A stretch of DNA of 64,000 nt from Octopus bimaculoides (lineage: Eukaryota): positions 3,939,938 through 4,003,937 of the forward strand of contig NC_068994.1 in assembly GCF_001194135.2 (NCBI RefSeq), in the 5' to 3' direction. This document shows positions 36,258-49,272 of the stretch, piece after piece; position 1 is the first letter of the stretch, and each line of letters begins with the position of its first letter. The position numbers and the translations under genes were made by a program. The notes beneath the pieces are model-generated. The model was not told the origin of the DNA. It ran no database searches and saw only the letters and a list, made by a program, of their open reading frames with translations.

Positions 36258-37467
36258 TCATCCTTTCGGCGGAGGAGCCTTGTTCTGCTCCTGCGCCGCC
36301 GGTCCCCTGTTGTGAGTGCGTTCATGAACCTTCAGATTAGTCTGGTGAGCAAAACCTTTGTTACAAACCGTGCACGTGAACGTCTTGGCAGCTTCACCGG
36401 TGTGTAGCCTTTCGTGGCACTTCAGGTTGGTCTGATGGCTGAACGCATTCTCGCAGTACGCGCACTGGTAAGGTTTTTCACCTGTATGAGTTCTTTCATG
36501 ATCTCTCAGGTTCGTTTGGTGACTGAACGCTTTTGTGCAGAAACGACACTGATATGGTCGTACGCCTGTATGTGTTCTTTCGTGATCTCGCAGGTTAGTC
36601 TGATGGCTGAACGCATTCTGACAGTAGGAACAACTATAAGGTTTCTCGCCTGTGTGGGTCCTTTGGTGGTCCTTTAAATTCGTCTGGTGACTGAATGCTT
36701 TATCACAGTATGTACACTGAAAGGGTTTCACGCCGGTGTGGGTCCTTTCGTGGTCTTTGAGATTCGTCTGATGGCTGAAGGCCTTGTCGCAATAACTACA
36801 TCTATAGGGCTTGATACCAGTATGGATCCGCTGATGGTCCTTCAGGTTTGTCTGATGAGAAAACGCTTTACCACAGTATCCACAGTGGTACGGCTTGCAG
36901 CCCGTGTGCGTGCGCTCGTGGCTCTTCAGGTTGGTTTGGTGCGAGAAAGCCTTACTACATACGATGCACTTGAAAGGTTTTTCGCCAGTGTGTAAACGGA
37001 GATGTGATTTCAGGTTGGTCTGGTGCGCAAACATTTTCTCGCAGTAAACACATCGGAACGGTTTCTCGCCGGTGTGTGTGCGTAAATGGTCCTTGAGTCG
37101 AGCACGGATGGGGAATGCTTTACGGCAAAACGAACAATAGAAGTGCTTGCCATCGTCGTTCAGCGTAGCAGCATGCTGGTGATTCAGCAGGTCCGAACGT
37201 CGAGTGAAAGTTTTACGGCAAACGTCACACTTATGTTGCTTCTCCTCTTTCTCACTACTTGTTGGGTGGCGTTTGATCATCATCATGTTCATGGCCGCAT
37301 GCATGGTATGCATGGTGTGGATTGCATTCATGTTCATACCGACCATGCTGGCGTTCACTATCATGCCTGATGGCATACTCATATTCATTGTAGTGGCTGC
37401 AGAACTTGTCGAAGGCGGCTGTGGGTGGGGTGCTTGTTGTTGTTGCTGTTGCTGTTGCTGCTGCTGT

Positions 37468-37511
<44 letters not shown>

Positions 37512-37532
37512 CTGCTGTTGTTGTTGTTGTTG

Positions 37533-37563
<31 letters not shown>

Positions 37564-38213
37564 TGTTGTTGTTGTTGCTGTTGCGGGGGAGGAGGGGCTA
37601 TGTTTACATTGCTTGTGATGCTCGTGGCTGGCGGCATGTTCGCAGCGGTGTTAGGACTCGGTCCGAGGTTTACGTTGAGGCCCGGGTTAACATTTGTGTT
37701 CATGTTTGTGTTGTTCAAACCAACACCAAGGCCCTTACCACTGGTCCCACCAACACCACCTCCCGAATGAAGGGCATTCTGGTTAACCCCTCCAATATGC
37801 CCGTGGTGATGGTGGTGGTGATGATGATGATGTTGGTGGTTGCCAGTGCCTCCGCCGCCGGCACCGCCTCCACTACCACTGCAGTTGGTGTGTCGGGCGT
37901 GACTGTGGGCATGGTGGTCATGGTGCCCACCGTGGGCGTGGCTGTGGGCGTGACTGTGAGCATGGTGTGTGTGCCCAGCAGAAGGGTGTGGCCCCTTCAG
38001 TAAGTTGTCCCTGTAGAACACGTCGTTGCCTCTCATGTGTTCCATGCTGGTCGTCTGTCTACCGACATTCGTGCCACCACTGCTGTTGGTGACACGGTTC
38101 CCTGCGCCACCCCTTCCACCACTGCTGCTTGTATCTTGCCCTGCATTGGGATTATTTCCAGGGGGAACTAAACCAGTCCCAGAAGATGAATACATAGGTT
38201 GTAATGACTCCAT
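36258..38213 (-). CDS. C2H2 zinc-finger protein ZF-C: 651 aa, Gly/His/Asn-rich N-terminus, Q50, 1 atypical plus 10 canonical fingers
   Basis: Uninterrupted ORF. Acceptor TTTCCCCTCACCTCACCAAATTCTACAG lies one base before the ATG, so a short coding extension from an upstream exon cannot be excluded. Confidence 0.94.
37434..37583 (-). repeat. coding (CAA/CAG)50 polyglutamine tract of ZF-C
   Basis: 150 nt of mixed CAA/CAG codons between PPPP and APHPQ. Confidence 0.9.
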
Positions 38214-39814
38214 CCTGTAGAATTTGGTGAGGTGAGGGGAAACGTTTCAGTTGATTGTTATTATTATCGATATTATTATTATTATTATTGTTATTATTAT
38301 TAATATCACTACTGTTGTGGTTATTTTTGTTGCTGCTGTTAAACGAACATTGTTTCTGGAATATTCACAATTTTAACATGGTTAGATTAACAATGAAGAC
38401 ATTTCAATATTTCCTGTGGAAAGACTTGCTTAAGGTGTTGATGTGCTCTCTGCCTCTCTCTCCCTCTTGCTTAAAACATATTTCAACTGAGAGATTTTTT
38501 TTTACCTTTCAACACTCATCATTGTCCCTCCCTCCAACACACACACACACACACACATACACACACACACAGATATATGTATATATATATTTGTGTGTGT
38601 GTATGTGTGTGTTATATGTATATTCACTTTAGCCTTTAACTTTCTTCACTGGTTAATAATGCCTTCTGTTTTCCTTTCCACGAACCCACCTCTCTCTCTC
38701 TCTCTCTACTTTCTGTCTGTCTGTTTATCTTCTATCCCTCCCTCTCTTTGTTACTTTACTCTTTTACCCAACGTTATCAGATTACAAGAAAGTCTTCTCC
38801 CTTCGAAGTCCAGAAGTCCGTCTTAACAAACATGATAGTTATTCACAATGTACCAAACATTCCAGTTGTTAAACGATCATTGCTGTTAATTAACACATGT
38901 TGAAATAACAAACAGATCTGCTCCACCTTAGATGTTTATAGTGATTTTGCAGTGAGAAAAACTGCCAAAGTTTATTGTCGTTGTTGTATGGTGGTGGTGG
39001 TGGAGCTGATGAAATATTGGTCAGAGAGAACACAGGGAGATATGAAATGGTCAAGACGCCTGCCTTGTAGTGACGAACTGTTCCATCCTCTTTAAGTAAT
39101 GTTGCCGTTAGGGAGGGACAAAATGTACAAAACAAAATAAGGATAATAAAAATGATGATTCGCAACGTGATGAGGTTTGAAAGAAGTCAGGAAAAAGAGA
39201 ATACTGTCCATTCAGAAGGTTAGACAATGAGGAGGAAGAAGAGGAGGAGGAGCAGAAAGAATCTTTGGTGTTTTCATTTTTGTGTTGGTATTATGTCTCT
39301 GTGGAACCGGAAGGAGAATGGTGAGGCCACTGGAAATTTTGAAAGAGCTTTTCTTCTTGCTTTCTGTTGGAAATGGGAAGAGTGAGAGAGGGAGTGAATG
39401 AGAAAGAGAGGGAGAGACAGAGAGAGGGAGGGAGAGAGAGAGAGAGAGGAGGAGAGAGGGGGAAGGTGGTGGAATCCTTCATTTACTGGGTACAAATCTG
39501 GATCGGCTGAAAAGAAAATGAGAGAAGAAATAAAAAACAAAATTAAAAGATGCTAATATAAAATACATAACGAAAGTGAGAGAGAGAGAGAGAGAGGGGG
39601 AGGGAGAGAGAGAATGGCATACATACAATAATTATAATAATCAAAGCTTTAATTAAATTTTTTGCGGATTATACAAAATAATGAAACACTAATTCTCAAG
39701 AGAAAAATATTCAACTTAAAATAAAAATAAAACAATTCTTTTACTTTTTCCAGTCATTTGACTGTGGCCATGCTGCAGCACCACCTTAACCCATTAAGTC
39801 CCAGAATACTTAAA

Positions 39815-40113
39815 GTTCTGAATATTACATTATTTACATTTGATGGATATTTGTCCTCATCTTGCTTGTTGTTAACACAAAGTTTCGGCTGATATACTCT
39901 CCAGCCTTCATCAGGTGTCTTGAGGGAAATTTTGAAGGTATTTTTCGATGTTATTATTATTATTATTATTATTGTTATTATTACTATTCAGGTCACTGCT
40001 GGAATCGAACTCAGAATCTTGGGGTTAGTAGCCCGCGCTCTTAATCACTACGCAGAGTTCAATCCCAGGCAGTGACCTGAATTATAAATAATAACAACAT
40101 TGAAATATACCTT
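39815..40113. mobile_element. second locus of the tRNA-headed, hammerhead-bearing element; inverted pair
   Basis: Minus copy about 39815-40053 runs from the A-box region through (AAT)n to the hammerhead tail. Plus copy 40054-40113 starts at the B box. Homologous to 12903-13229. Confidence 0.75.
39874..39919 (-). ncRNA. minimal type-I hammerhead ribozyme-like motif (probably decayed)
   Basis: Minus strand GACAC-CTGATGA-A-GGCTG-gagagtatat-CAGCC-GAAAC-TTT-GTGTT. Confidence 0.55.
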
Positions 40114-40369
40114 GTGCAAAAAGGACAGGAGCAAGAAGATTCCAGAAGGTTGATGTTGTGGGGAGAAAGGACTGTATATAGTGGGTCAGATGGAAGTGCA
40201 ACACCAGCTGGTTTTTACATTGGGAAAGTGAAATAATTTAGGGTGTAACTTCTCCCACCCTTCACTCTTGTTGCAACCAGAAAAATCTTCCAGCTCCTAA
40301 TTTATGAACAACCATCATCTTCAACACAGATGCAAAACAAACCGAACCACACAGCCATGACTGAAGATT

Positions 40370-40700
40370 AACACCTGGTGCTCTGCCGGTTACAACAATG
40401 AGGGTTCTGGTTGATCTAATCAATGGAACAGTCTACTCATAATATTTATATGCAAGTGGCTGAGTGCTCCATAGACACGTGTACCCTCCAAGTAGCTCTG
40501 AAGCAAGTTCAACTTGACACACAATGTGACAAGGCTGTCCCTTTTGAATCACAGGTACAACTCAGTTTTGCCAGCCGAGTGGACTGGGGCAATGAGAAAT
40601 AAAGTGTCTCGTTCAAGGGTACAATGCACCACAAGGAATCGAACTCACAACCTCAGAATCATGAGCCCAAACCCCTAATCACTAAGCCACGCACTTTCAC
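40370..40700 (-). mobile_element. tRNA-derived SINE, family C-related
   Basis: The reverse complement has a tRNA-like head (GCGTGGCTTAGTGATT..GAGTTCGATTCC) and shares its 3' half (CCTTGTCACA..GGGTACACG..CTCAGCCACTTGCA..GAACCCTC) with 42677-43029. Confidence 0.75.
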
Positions 40701-41927
40701 AACTGGGGATTAAAACATGTGGACATCCTCCTCCTCCTCATCATGTTTACATCTCCTTCATGAGCTGGTGTGGGTTGGATAGGTCAGTCTTAACACAGTG
40801 TCTTGCCACATGACAGAAATAGCAGTCACGTTTTCCTCCAACCACATTCTAGGTTGTTGTGACCTGGAGAAGCCTTCAGCTGAAAAAACGATGGGATGGT
40901 CATCTGTTGAATGACCTTTCATCATGGGTCAGTGCTGGCCAAAAGCTAAGCAACAACAACAATTCTTTCTACTGTAGGCACAAGGCCTGAAATTTGAGGG
41001 GAGGGGGTAAATCGATCACACTGATCCCCAGTACTCAACTGGTACTTTTTCATCAACCTTGAAAGATGGAAGGCAAAGTTGACCTCGGCGCAATTTGAAC
41101 TCAGAACGAAAGAACAGCCAAATGCCGTTAAGCATTTTACCTGGTGTGTTAACAATTCCGCCAGCTTGCCACCATAATAGTAATAATGATAATAATAATA
41201 ATAATAATAGTAATAATGATAATAATAATAATGATAATAATGATAATAATAATAATGATAATAATAATAGTAATAATGATAATAATAATAATTTCTTTAT
41301 TGCCCACAAGGGGCTAAACATAGAGGGGACAAACAAGGACAGACAAAGGGATTAAGTCGATTACATCGACCCCAGTGCGTAACTGGTACTTAATTTATCA
41401 ACCCCCGANNNNNNNNNNATGATAATAATGATAATAATAATAATGATAATAATAATAGTAATAATGATAATAATAATAATTTCTTTATTGCCCACAAGGG
41501 GCTAAACATAGAGGGGACAAACAAGGACAGACAAAGGGATTAAGTCGATTACATCGACCCCAGTGCGTAACTGGTACTTAATTTATCAACCCCCGAAAGG
41601 ATGAAAGGCAAAGTTGACCTCGGCAGAATAATAATAATAATAATAATAATAATCCCCTGTATATATATATACTTATGAGTCTGAACTGGTCAGGTCAACC
41701 CTCCCTCCACCACAAAAGCTGACCAATGATACAACAGCAGTGACACAGATATGTAACAAGTCAAGAAAGGTCAAGTCTCTCTCTCTCTCTCTCTCTTTCA
41801 TTCAACTGCATTAAATGATGCTGGTGGTGGCAGAGTTCTGACTAAATGAGGTTTATGACTCAACTTCAGTGCCTTTATGTTACTAATATAACTACAAAGA
41901 CATGTGCTTGCGTGTCTAGGGTTAAAT

Positions 41928-42160
41928 TTAAACCCTTTTGTTACCATAGTGCTGTTGAAATGCAATGACTGTGTTTCAGTTAATTTTACAAATAATAAAG
42001 AATTTAGTAAAATAATCTAGTCTTTTGAATATAAATTAACATGAAATTTCGACGAGATCACTTTAACCCTTTTGTTACCATATCTCTGCTGAAATGCACT
42101 GTCTTTGTTAGAATTAATTTTGAATATAGTGAAGAATTCATTACAATAACTATATCATTA
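41928..42160 (+). mobile_element. two tandem partial copies of a piggyBac-like MITE end
   Basis: An approximately 130-bp unit beginning TTAACCCTTTTGTTACCATA occurs twice. TTAA|CCCT is the piggyBac terminus pattern. The opposite TIR was not found. Confidence 0.4.
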
Positions 42161-42676
42161 AAGTGTGAGAGAAGGGGCCAGAACAGAAGGGGTTTCTTGC
42201 TGTAGATGGGTTACATGTCTATTCACATTATAAAAGATAGGGTGGAGCAGGAAAGGCATATATAAATAGAGAGGGGACATGGTGTCAAGGTGGATCCTCA
42301 AAGTACAAGGTGAATAGAAATCAATGGGGCAGAACAAAAGCTCAACAGTAACTGGCACAGAGAGAGGGGGGGATTGGGGGGTAGTTGAGGGGGGCGAATA
42401 TAATGAACGAAGAATGAGTGTTGAAAGAAAGGTAGGGAAGAGAAGGGGTTGGGTGTGGAGCCTGAGCAGGGCTGGGGAGTAGATGTGAGAAAGGGGTGGG
42501 GCACAAGTGACCAATGGTACATATAAGGTGGGAGAGATACACGATGGTGATAATTTGGCAGCAGAGGAGGGTGATCAATGTGAAATATGGGTGGAGAGAA
42601 CAGGGTGAAGAATGAAGGGATATACACACACACACACAGTCATATACACACTCATATGCACATATATATATGACTG

Positions 42677-43029
42677 TGGAGGCGCAATGGTCCAGTGGTT
42701 AGGGCAGCGGACTCGCGGTTTCGATTCCCAGACCGGGTGTTGTGAGTGTTTATTGAGTGAAAACACCTAAAGCTCCACGGGGCTCCAGCAGGGGATGGTG
42801 GCGAGCCCTGCTGTACTCTTCCACCACAACTTTCTCTCACTCTTTCTTCCTGTTTCTGTTGTGCCTGTAATTCAAAGGGCCAACCTTGTCACACTGAATC
42901 TCCCCGAGAACTACGTTAAGGGTACACACGTCTGTGGAGTGCTCAGCCACTTGCACGTTAATTTCACAAGCAGGCTGTTGCTTCGATTGGAACAACTGGA
43001 ACCCTCGTCGTCGTAAACGACGGAGTGCC
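42677..43029 (+). mobile_element. tRNA-derived SINE, family C, near full length
   Basis: A box TGGTCCAGTGG, B-box-like GGTTTCGATTCC, 3' end GGAACCCTCGTCGTCGTAAACGACGGAGTGCCA. Confidence 0.8.
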
Positions 43030-43316
43030 AGGAATATATATGACTAGACACACATTATACATAGATATATACACAGATCTTTGGAATACAGAATTCTCAT
43101 TAGAAACAGAATTTTTAGTGTTTTTGTTTCAACTGAAAGTTTCCACCAATCTCACAGTCACAAGTAAGGAAAACTTGTTTGGGGAAGCTGAAAGCTACCG
43201 GCTGGGAATGGACAACTAAGTTCATAATAGTATCGAGTTCTGTAACACTGTCAGAAAGCTGTACATAGGCCACATACACCATACTATATATATATATATA
43301 TATATACTATATATAC

Positions 43317-43389
<73 letters not shown>

Positions 43390-45069
43390 CATATACATGT
43401 TCGTGGGTTGGAAGACAAACAAGATTATCCTCTGAAATCAATAAGAGAGCCAGACTATTACAGAAGCTGTCTGTGATTAAATGGTAACTCTTGTCCTGCA
43501 AGTTTATCTCGTTGGTGTTTCTACTTTCTTAAATTATAAGCAATACATTTTATAGATAAAGACGACAGGAAGAGAGGAGCGAGAGAGAGAGAGAGAGAGG
43601 AAACAACGAGACGAATTAACGTCGAGAAATTAAAGAAAAAGATAATAATTAAAAAAATATCTCACATTTCCTTTAAGTCTGTGATAAAATATTTCGAGAG
43701 GAAGAAGTGCAAAGGTGAAGGAATTGCCATCAATATTTATCAAGTTATCTGCCCATGAATGAAGAGCTGCCTTACATACACACCCACACATGCTTATAAA
43801 CAGACACATACACACCGACACATGCTTATAAACAGACACATGCGCGCGCGCGCGATTATTAACACCCACACACACACACGATTATTAACACTTTCATACA
43901 CGTACACACACGCGCGCGTGCACTTATACTTATAAACATATACACACTGATTGATACACACACACACTTATTAGCACACATATATACTTACTAATACACA
44001 CTTATTAATACATAAACACTTATTAGCATGCATACACATATATACTTGTTAACGCACACACACACACACACACATACTTAATACACACGCACGTACTTCC
44101 AGACGGTAACGCGTTTACGATTTCGCCCGAGATAAACCATGGTCGAGCAGTTATGTTCAAAAGCATCCAGCTGTAACCGTCCAACCCACTTTCGAAGACT
44201 GCATTATTCGTTGTCCTTCACTTTTAAGACGGCGATGTGATGTGAGGACGATTTGATTGTTATTCCTAGCAAGTGCACGGACCCCGGTGCGTGTTGACAG
44301 ATCCACACGTATGCGCTCATGGTGTGTTCAGCTCTGATCGAGCGAACCAAGGGCTAAAGGAATTCTAAACACCGACCACGACCTCGTCTTCTTGTATAGC
44401 TAAGAGTACATTGCTAACGTTTCCTTTCTTTTTAAAGATGGTAGTGGAGAGGACCATAAAGTTCTGTGTCAGTAACTGTGACTGCATGTCTGTGTGTGTG
44501 TTAAGTGGTTAAAGTTACCCACGAAACGATGGCTCTATGGTTCAATGTTCGTTTAAACTATTTCGTAATATTTTACAAGAAATTCCCGGCGCCAGTCAAC
44601 TGTTTTCGAAGTCACTGCTATCATAATAGCTACTCACTTAACACAAAAAAGCTTTCGATTTCAAATATAGGACCAGTGCGACAAATTCAGTGGAGTTTTG
44701 GAATGCCACATGGAACTGGTGATGAGAATGTGGCAGGAAAGAATCGAAAGACGGATCCTTGCAGCCGAGCCAACTGGCAACAGACCCAGGAGCAGACCAA
44801 CAACGAGATGTTCATAGTCTCAGTTTAGTACGCAGGGTAAAATGCTTAACGGCATTCCGTCCATCTTTACATTCTGAGTTCAAATCCCGACGAGGTCTAC
44901 TTCACCTTTCGTCCTTTCGGGGTCGATAAAATAAGCAGCAGTTGAGCACTGACATCGATGTAATTGACTTACCCCGTCCCCCGAAATTGCTAGCCTTGTG
45001 CCCAAAACCTGGAACCAATATTCATAATCTGAAATGGTCGCATTTAAGAATTCATCTTCTCAGAACGGC

Positions 45070-45375
45070 ACGAAATTGTATCAATCATTGGACTGCACTT
45101 ATTTTAAAAATCTGATACTTATTTCTGTCAGTCCTTTTGCTGAACCGCTAAGTTATGACACGTAAACAAACTAGCACTGGTTGTCAAGCAGTGGTGGGGG
45201 ACAAACACACAGGTATTATATACGACGGGCTTCTTTCAGTTTTCGTCTACCAAATCCACTCCCAAGGCTTTGGTCGGACCGGGGGACTATAGTAAAAAGC
45301 ACTTGCCCAAGGTGCCATGCAGCTGGACTGAACCCGGAACCATGTGGTTGGGAAACAAACTTCTTACCTGGTCAG
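45070..45375 (-). mobile_element. tRNA-derived SINE family A, long variant
   Basis: Reverse complement of the family A head and body. A similar copy lies at 46545-46895(-), with tail fragments at 16425-16605 and 39735-39785. Confidence 0.75.
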
Positions 45376-46439
45376 ATTAGTGTGAAAAGGTTCAAATTGG
45401 AGAGAGTTCGGGGCTCCGCTCCCAGTTGGTGGAATCTTACCATCTTTATAGGTTATGGAACTATAATGCAGTCGGCCCCACGGAATGTCTTCCTACATTC
45501 CTATCAGTGCCTAAACTGCCGAATATCACAGTTTTGCGATCAAATCCTAACGGAATACGGTCTCGCTGTCACAAAATAGTACAATGCAGTATTTATTCAT
45601 CAATAGGTCTAAAGTTTAATTTGTTTAAAGGGCGGTGTAAGTTAAGCTTTTTAGGAATATTACATCGATCCTAGAAATTGACTGGTGACTTAAGTTACCC
45701 ACCTCGAAAGGACGAAAGGCAAAATTGACCTCAGTGGAATTTGAGCACAAAACAAAAGGGCCCTTTGTAAATACCATCAGACAATTGTAACAATTTTGAC
45801 ATGTTCTACAACTGAATATACGAAAAGTTGTGAGAATAAGTTCTCAAAGGTATGTTTAATGAATTATACGTTCAACTTCACAGAGTAGACACCGTACTAG
45901 TTTATCCAGAGGGCCTTTCTTTTCTCGGCAGGACGAAGCTGACAATAAGCTCCTCCACTAGTCTGGACTGGTTATTCACACAAGGAATGTCTACTAATAT
46001 TCGTCCTACACCGACAGCCAAGCAGCTTTCAGCTTAGGAAGAATGCAACGAGTAACAGGCGCCGATTTTTTTTTCGTTTGTAATTCGGTAGATACACTAT
46101 GAAAGTGTATAATCTTCACAAACTGCTATCTCAGATATTTTATTATAAGTTCTGAAGTTTATGACACCAAACATAAGTGTAGGCTACTAGGTACACACTC
46201 AACAGGATTAAAAATAAAAGCAATTTAATTTAACATGCATAAAAAGTTGCGTGTGTGTACATGAGTTGTATGTCGGTCAAGAGAGAAGGAGAAAGGGTAA
46301 GATGTGTAGAGAGTGGGAGGAGTAGGATGTGGTAAGGTATTAAAGAGTGGAGGGGATAAAAAGAATAAGGGGAGACAGAGGGAGGTTCCTGGGGGGGAGG
46401 GGAAATAAGGGAAGACAGATAAACGGGAGATAAACATCC

Positions 46440-46472
<33 letters not shown>

Positions 46473-47854
46473 TCCCTCCTCTCTTCTACACGTGTGTGTG
46501 TGTGTATGAGAAAGACATGGAAGGGAGAAGAGTTATTGTTACCTTCATATTTAACTTCTGTTTCAGTCATTGGCTTGTGGCCATGCTGGGGCAGTGCCCT
46601 GAAGGGTTTAATCGAACGGTTCGAATTCGGTATTTATTTTTCTTGAAAGCTTGCTAATTATTCTATCGATCACTTGTGCCGAACCGCAGCGTTACGGCGG
46701 GGCGTCAAGCAGTGGTGACACGCACACACACACGCGCGCCACACGCACACGACCAGCTTGTTTCAGTTTCCGTCTACGAAATCCACTCCCAAGGGGTTTT
46801 GATCAGCTCGAGGCTATAGAAAACACTTGCCCGAGGTGCCACGCAGTGGAACTGAACTCGGAACCATGGGAATGGGAAGCAAACTTCTTACTACACGTCA
46901 TACACACATCTGAATGTTGCTCTTCCAGTTTGTTGGAGTTGCTGCAGTTCGTTACGGAACACTCGCACATCGTTTTCGACGGGCGGTCCCATCATGTACA
47001 TGTGTGTATGTGTGTGTGTGTGTATATAAACGGAATTCCCTGCCTTTATCATAAATGTTGTGAATCGTATATTTCTTAATCACTCAGATGTGCATTTAGT
47101 GTGTGTTTATTTCGGTTGGGACTATTGACTACGTTTGCAAAGGCACAAACGTGTGTGTGTCTGCGAGAGAGCGCGCAAAAGGTTGAAAATTTGCTTTGAA
47201 GAATATCGGTGAGAAGAGTGTGAATTAGAGGTTGTATTGGGTGTTAGTGATGGTGTTCCGTTTGAAAATTACGGTGAAAATGTCATTTATTTGAGGTTTT
47301 CTTTTTTGAAATATTTACTAGGTTTACAAAAAGGGCCAGAGCCCACGGCCTACTGAGAGCTGAGAATTTCGTGTCATTATTCTAGATGCTATCAGATCCT
47401 AACACAAGGTCATATCCACAACTCGGTTCTCAGTAGGAACAGGTTTTCGTATGAATTGTTGCTGTAGATTGATAAGGGCTTCAGCCAGCTCGACAGAAGC
47501 TGGAGTAAGAGTTTTGGCATCATTCATCAATACACTATCACAGGAGGCGTCTTATTAAAGACAGAAAATATTGTCAATCAGGACAATAATTTTTCCCAAC
47601 ACGTGGAATAAATGTTTTTGATGTACCTCAACAAAATCCGATCCCCTCCAACATCCCGGGCAGTAACGACCTCTAAACTGCAATTGCCACCGACACTACT
47701 AGCATAATACTGAGATACAACTCTTAAATATGAATGATTTCTGTTTAGAAGAAAGTAAACCTGATGACGACAACACGAAAACTGGAAGAAACAGCAGGAT
47801 TGCTCGCCTTTCTACTAACTGCATCAAAGAAATTTAGAGTATTGTATTTGATGG

Positions 47855-48040
47855 TATTAAAGATACACGGGCACATAAGACGAACCCTAATTTTAGCAGT
47901 ACATATTCAGAAAAAAGTGAACGTCAGGAACAAAATTAGCTAATGACAGTTTCAACTTTGTATATGGGACCCGAGGAGATTATCTTTTTTGTTTTAAACA
48001 TTAAAAAAAAATGCGTCTTATATGCCATTAAATACGGGAA
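47855..48040. mobile_element. possible Tc2/pogo-type terminal repeats
   Basis: GCGTCTTATATGCCATTAAATACGG at about 48013-48037 is the reverse complement of a CCGTATT..GGCRTATAAGACG pogo/Tc2-like terminus. A degenerate partner GGCACATAAGACG lies near 47870-47883. Confidence 0.35.
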
Positions 48041-49030
48041 TTCAAAAGCTTTTACAAAAGTAAGTTAAAGGAATGTAGATCCTCCAAGTATTTTTTCAAC
48101 GAAATATATTTAGCCCCAGGCAAGGAGAGAACTGCAAAGTATATCCAGAAAAAAGGGGAAAAGCAATAAACAAACACAATCGAGATTCTGGCCCAGAAAA
48201 AAAGAGACATTTTTTGTTGTTTTTTTTATATGTTCAATCAGATTCAATGATCCAACCCATGACAAACCTTCTGCAAGATAAAAAATAAAAAATAAAATTC
48301 GTTTCAGGTTGACGACGCAGTCAACGTTGGTGTTCATTGCGGATCTGGTTGTAAACATATTCAAGAAGGAGGACAGAAGCAACTCACGGGATTACAAAAC
48401 CTTTTAAAGCAAGTTCTGCTCTTCGGGTAATTCAGTCCATAGTAACGTGTTTACTAAATACAAAGTCTATAAAACAAGCGATATTCTTTCTTTACCATTT
48501 AGAAACTTTACCAAAACAACGAGCAAACAGCCTTGCGTGTTTTTAAAATCCTCTCCACCCTCTGGGTAGTCAATCCACCAAAATCTAAACATGAGACTTG
48601 ATTGCTACGGAATAGCATTTAAAGAAAATCCTTGACAAAATCAGAAGGTTCTCATTACCCGTAATCAAGAAGACAGTTTCAGAGGTTGCAACTGTTGATT
48701 TAAGACGTGCCCTACTTTGTAGTTCTAGCCCTTTTTTTTTTTACAATATTGATTAATTTTTTCTGTATCACATCAATGTGAGGTTTATTTACTGAGAAGC
48801 CATGCGTCTGATAAATTACCATATTTGCAAATAAATGCCCCAATCTTTAAAATAACCAGCCCATGAATGGGTAGAGACCTATTTCCTAAACAGGTGCTAA
48901 ATTTGCTCCAAGTTTGAGTCATATACAGCACAAATACATTCTTAACACGATGTATAGCCTTCGGTCTCAACTAGTTGCTCACGACAGTAACACCCGAGAA
49001 ATATCGAATTAGGACAATCACGATTTGTGA

Positions 49031-49272
49031 CAGTGGCTTTCAACCAGGATCCGTATGACTCTTGGTAAGAGTTTGTTGAATCTATGTGCAATAAATTGGT
49101 CATATTTCTATGATACACAAAATATTTTAACAATTCTTTTATACAATTCCTAATAACATTTTATTATAAAAATATAATGGGATCTTTTTAAACACCGAAT
49201 GGTTGTGAGAATCTACCTGAGTAAAATAGTAATCAAAGGGGTCTATAAGCAAAAACTGGTTGAGAACCACAG
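49031..49272. mobile_element. non-autonomous hAT-Charlie-like MITE
   Basis: TIRs CAGTGGCTTTCAACC / GGTTGAGAACCACAG (12/15 match) of the CAGTGGTTCTCAACC type. Flanking 8-mers ATTTGTGA and ATCTATGC match at 5/8. Confidence 0.55.

Noticed and set aside
37204-38003. Antisense polyC/polyL/polyV ORFs over ZF-C, and similar shadow ORFs over ZF-A and ZF-B
   Set aside because: Shadow frames of coding repeats and zinc-finger codons.
41170-41640. About 175-bp exact direct repeat on both sides of the 10-N gap at 41409-41418
   Set aside because: Identical sequence flanking a gap is most likely a contig-overlap artefact.
48100-48300. Strong minus-strand acceptor-like tract ending at 48271 as a possible ZF-C UTR exon
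   Set aside because: No convincing partner donor; T-rich tracts are common here.
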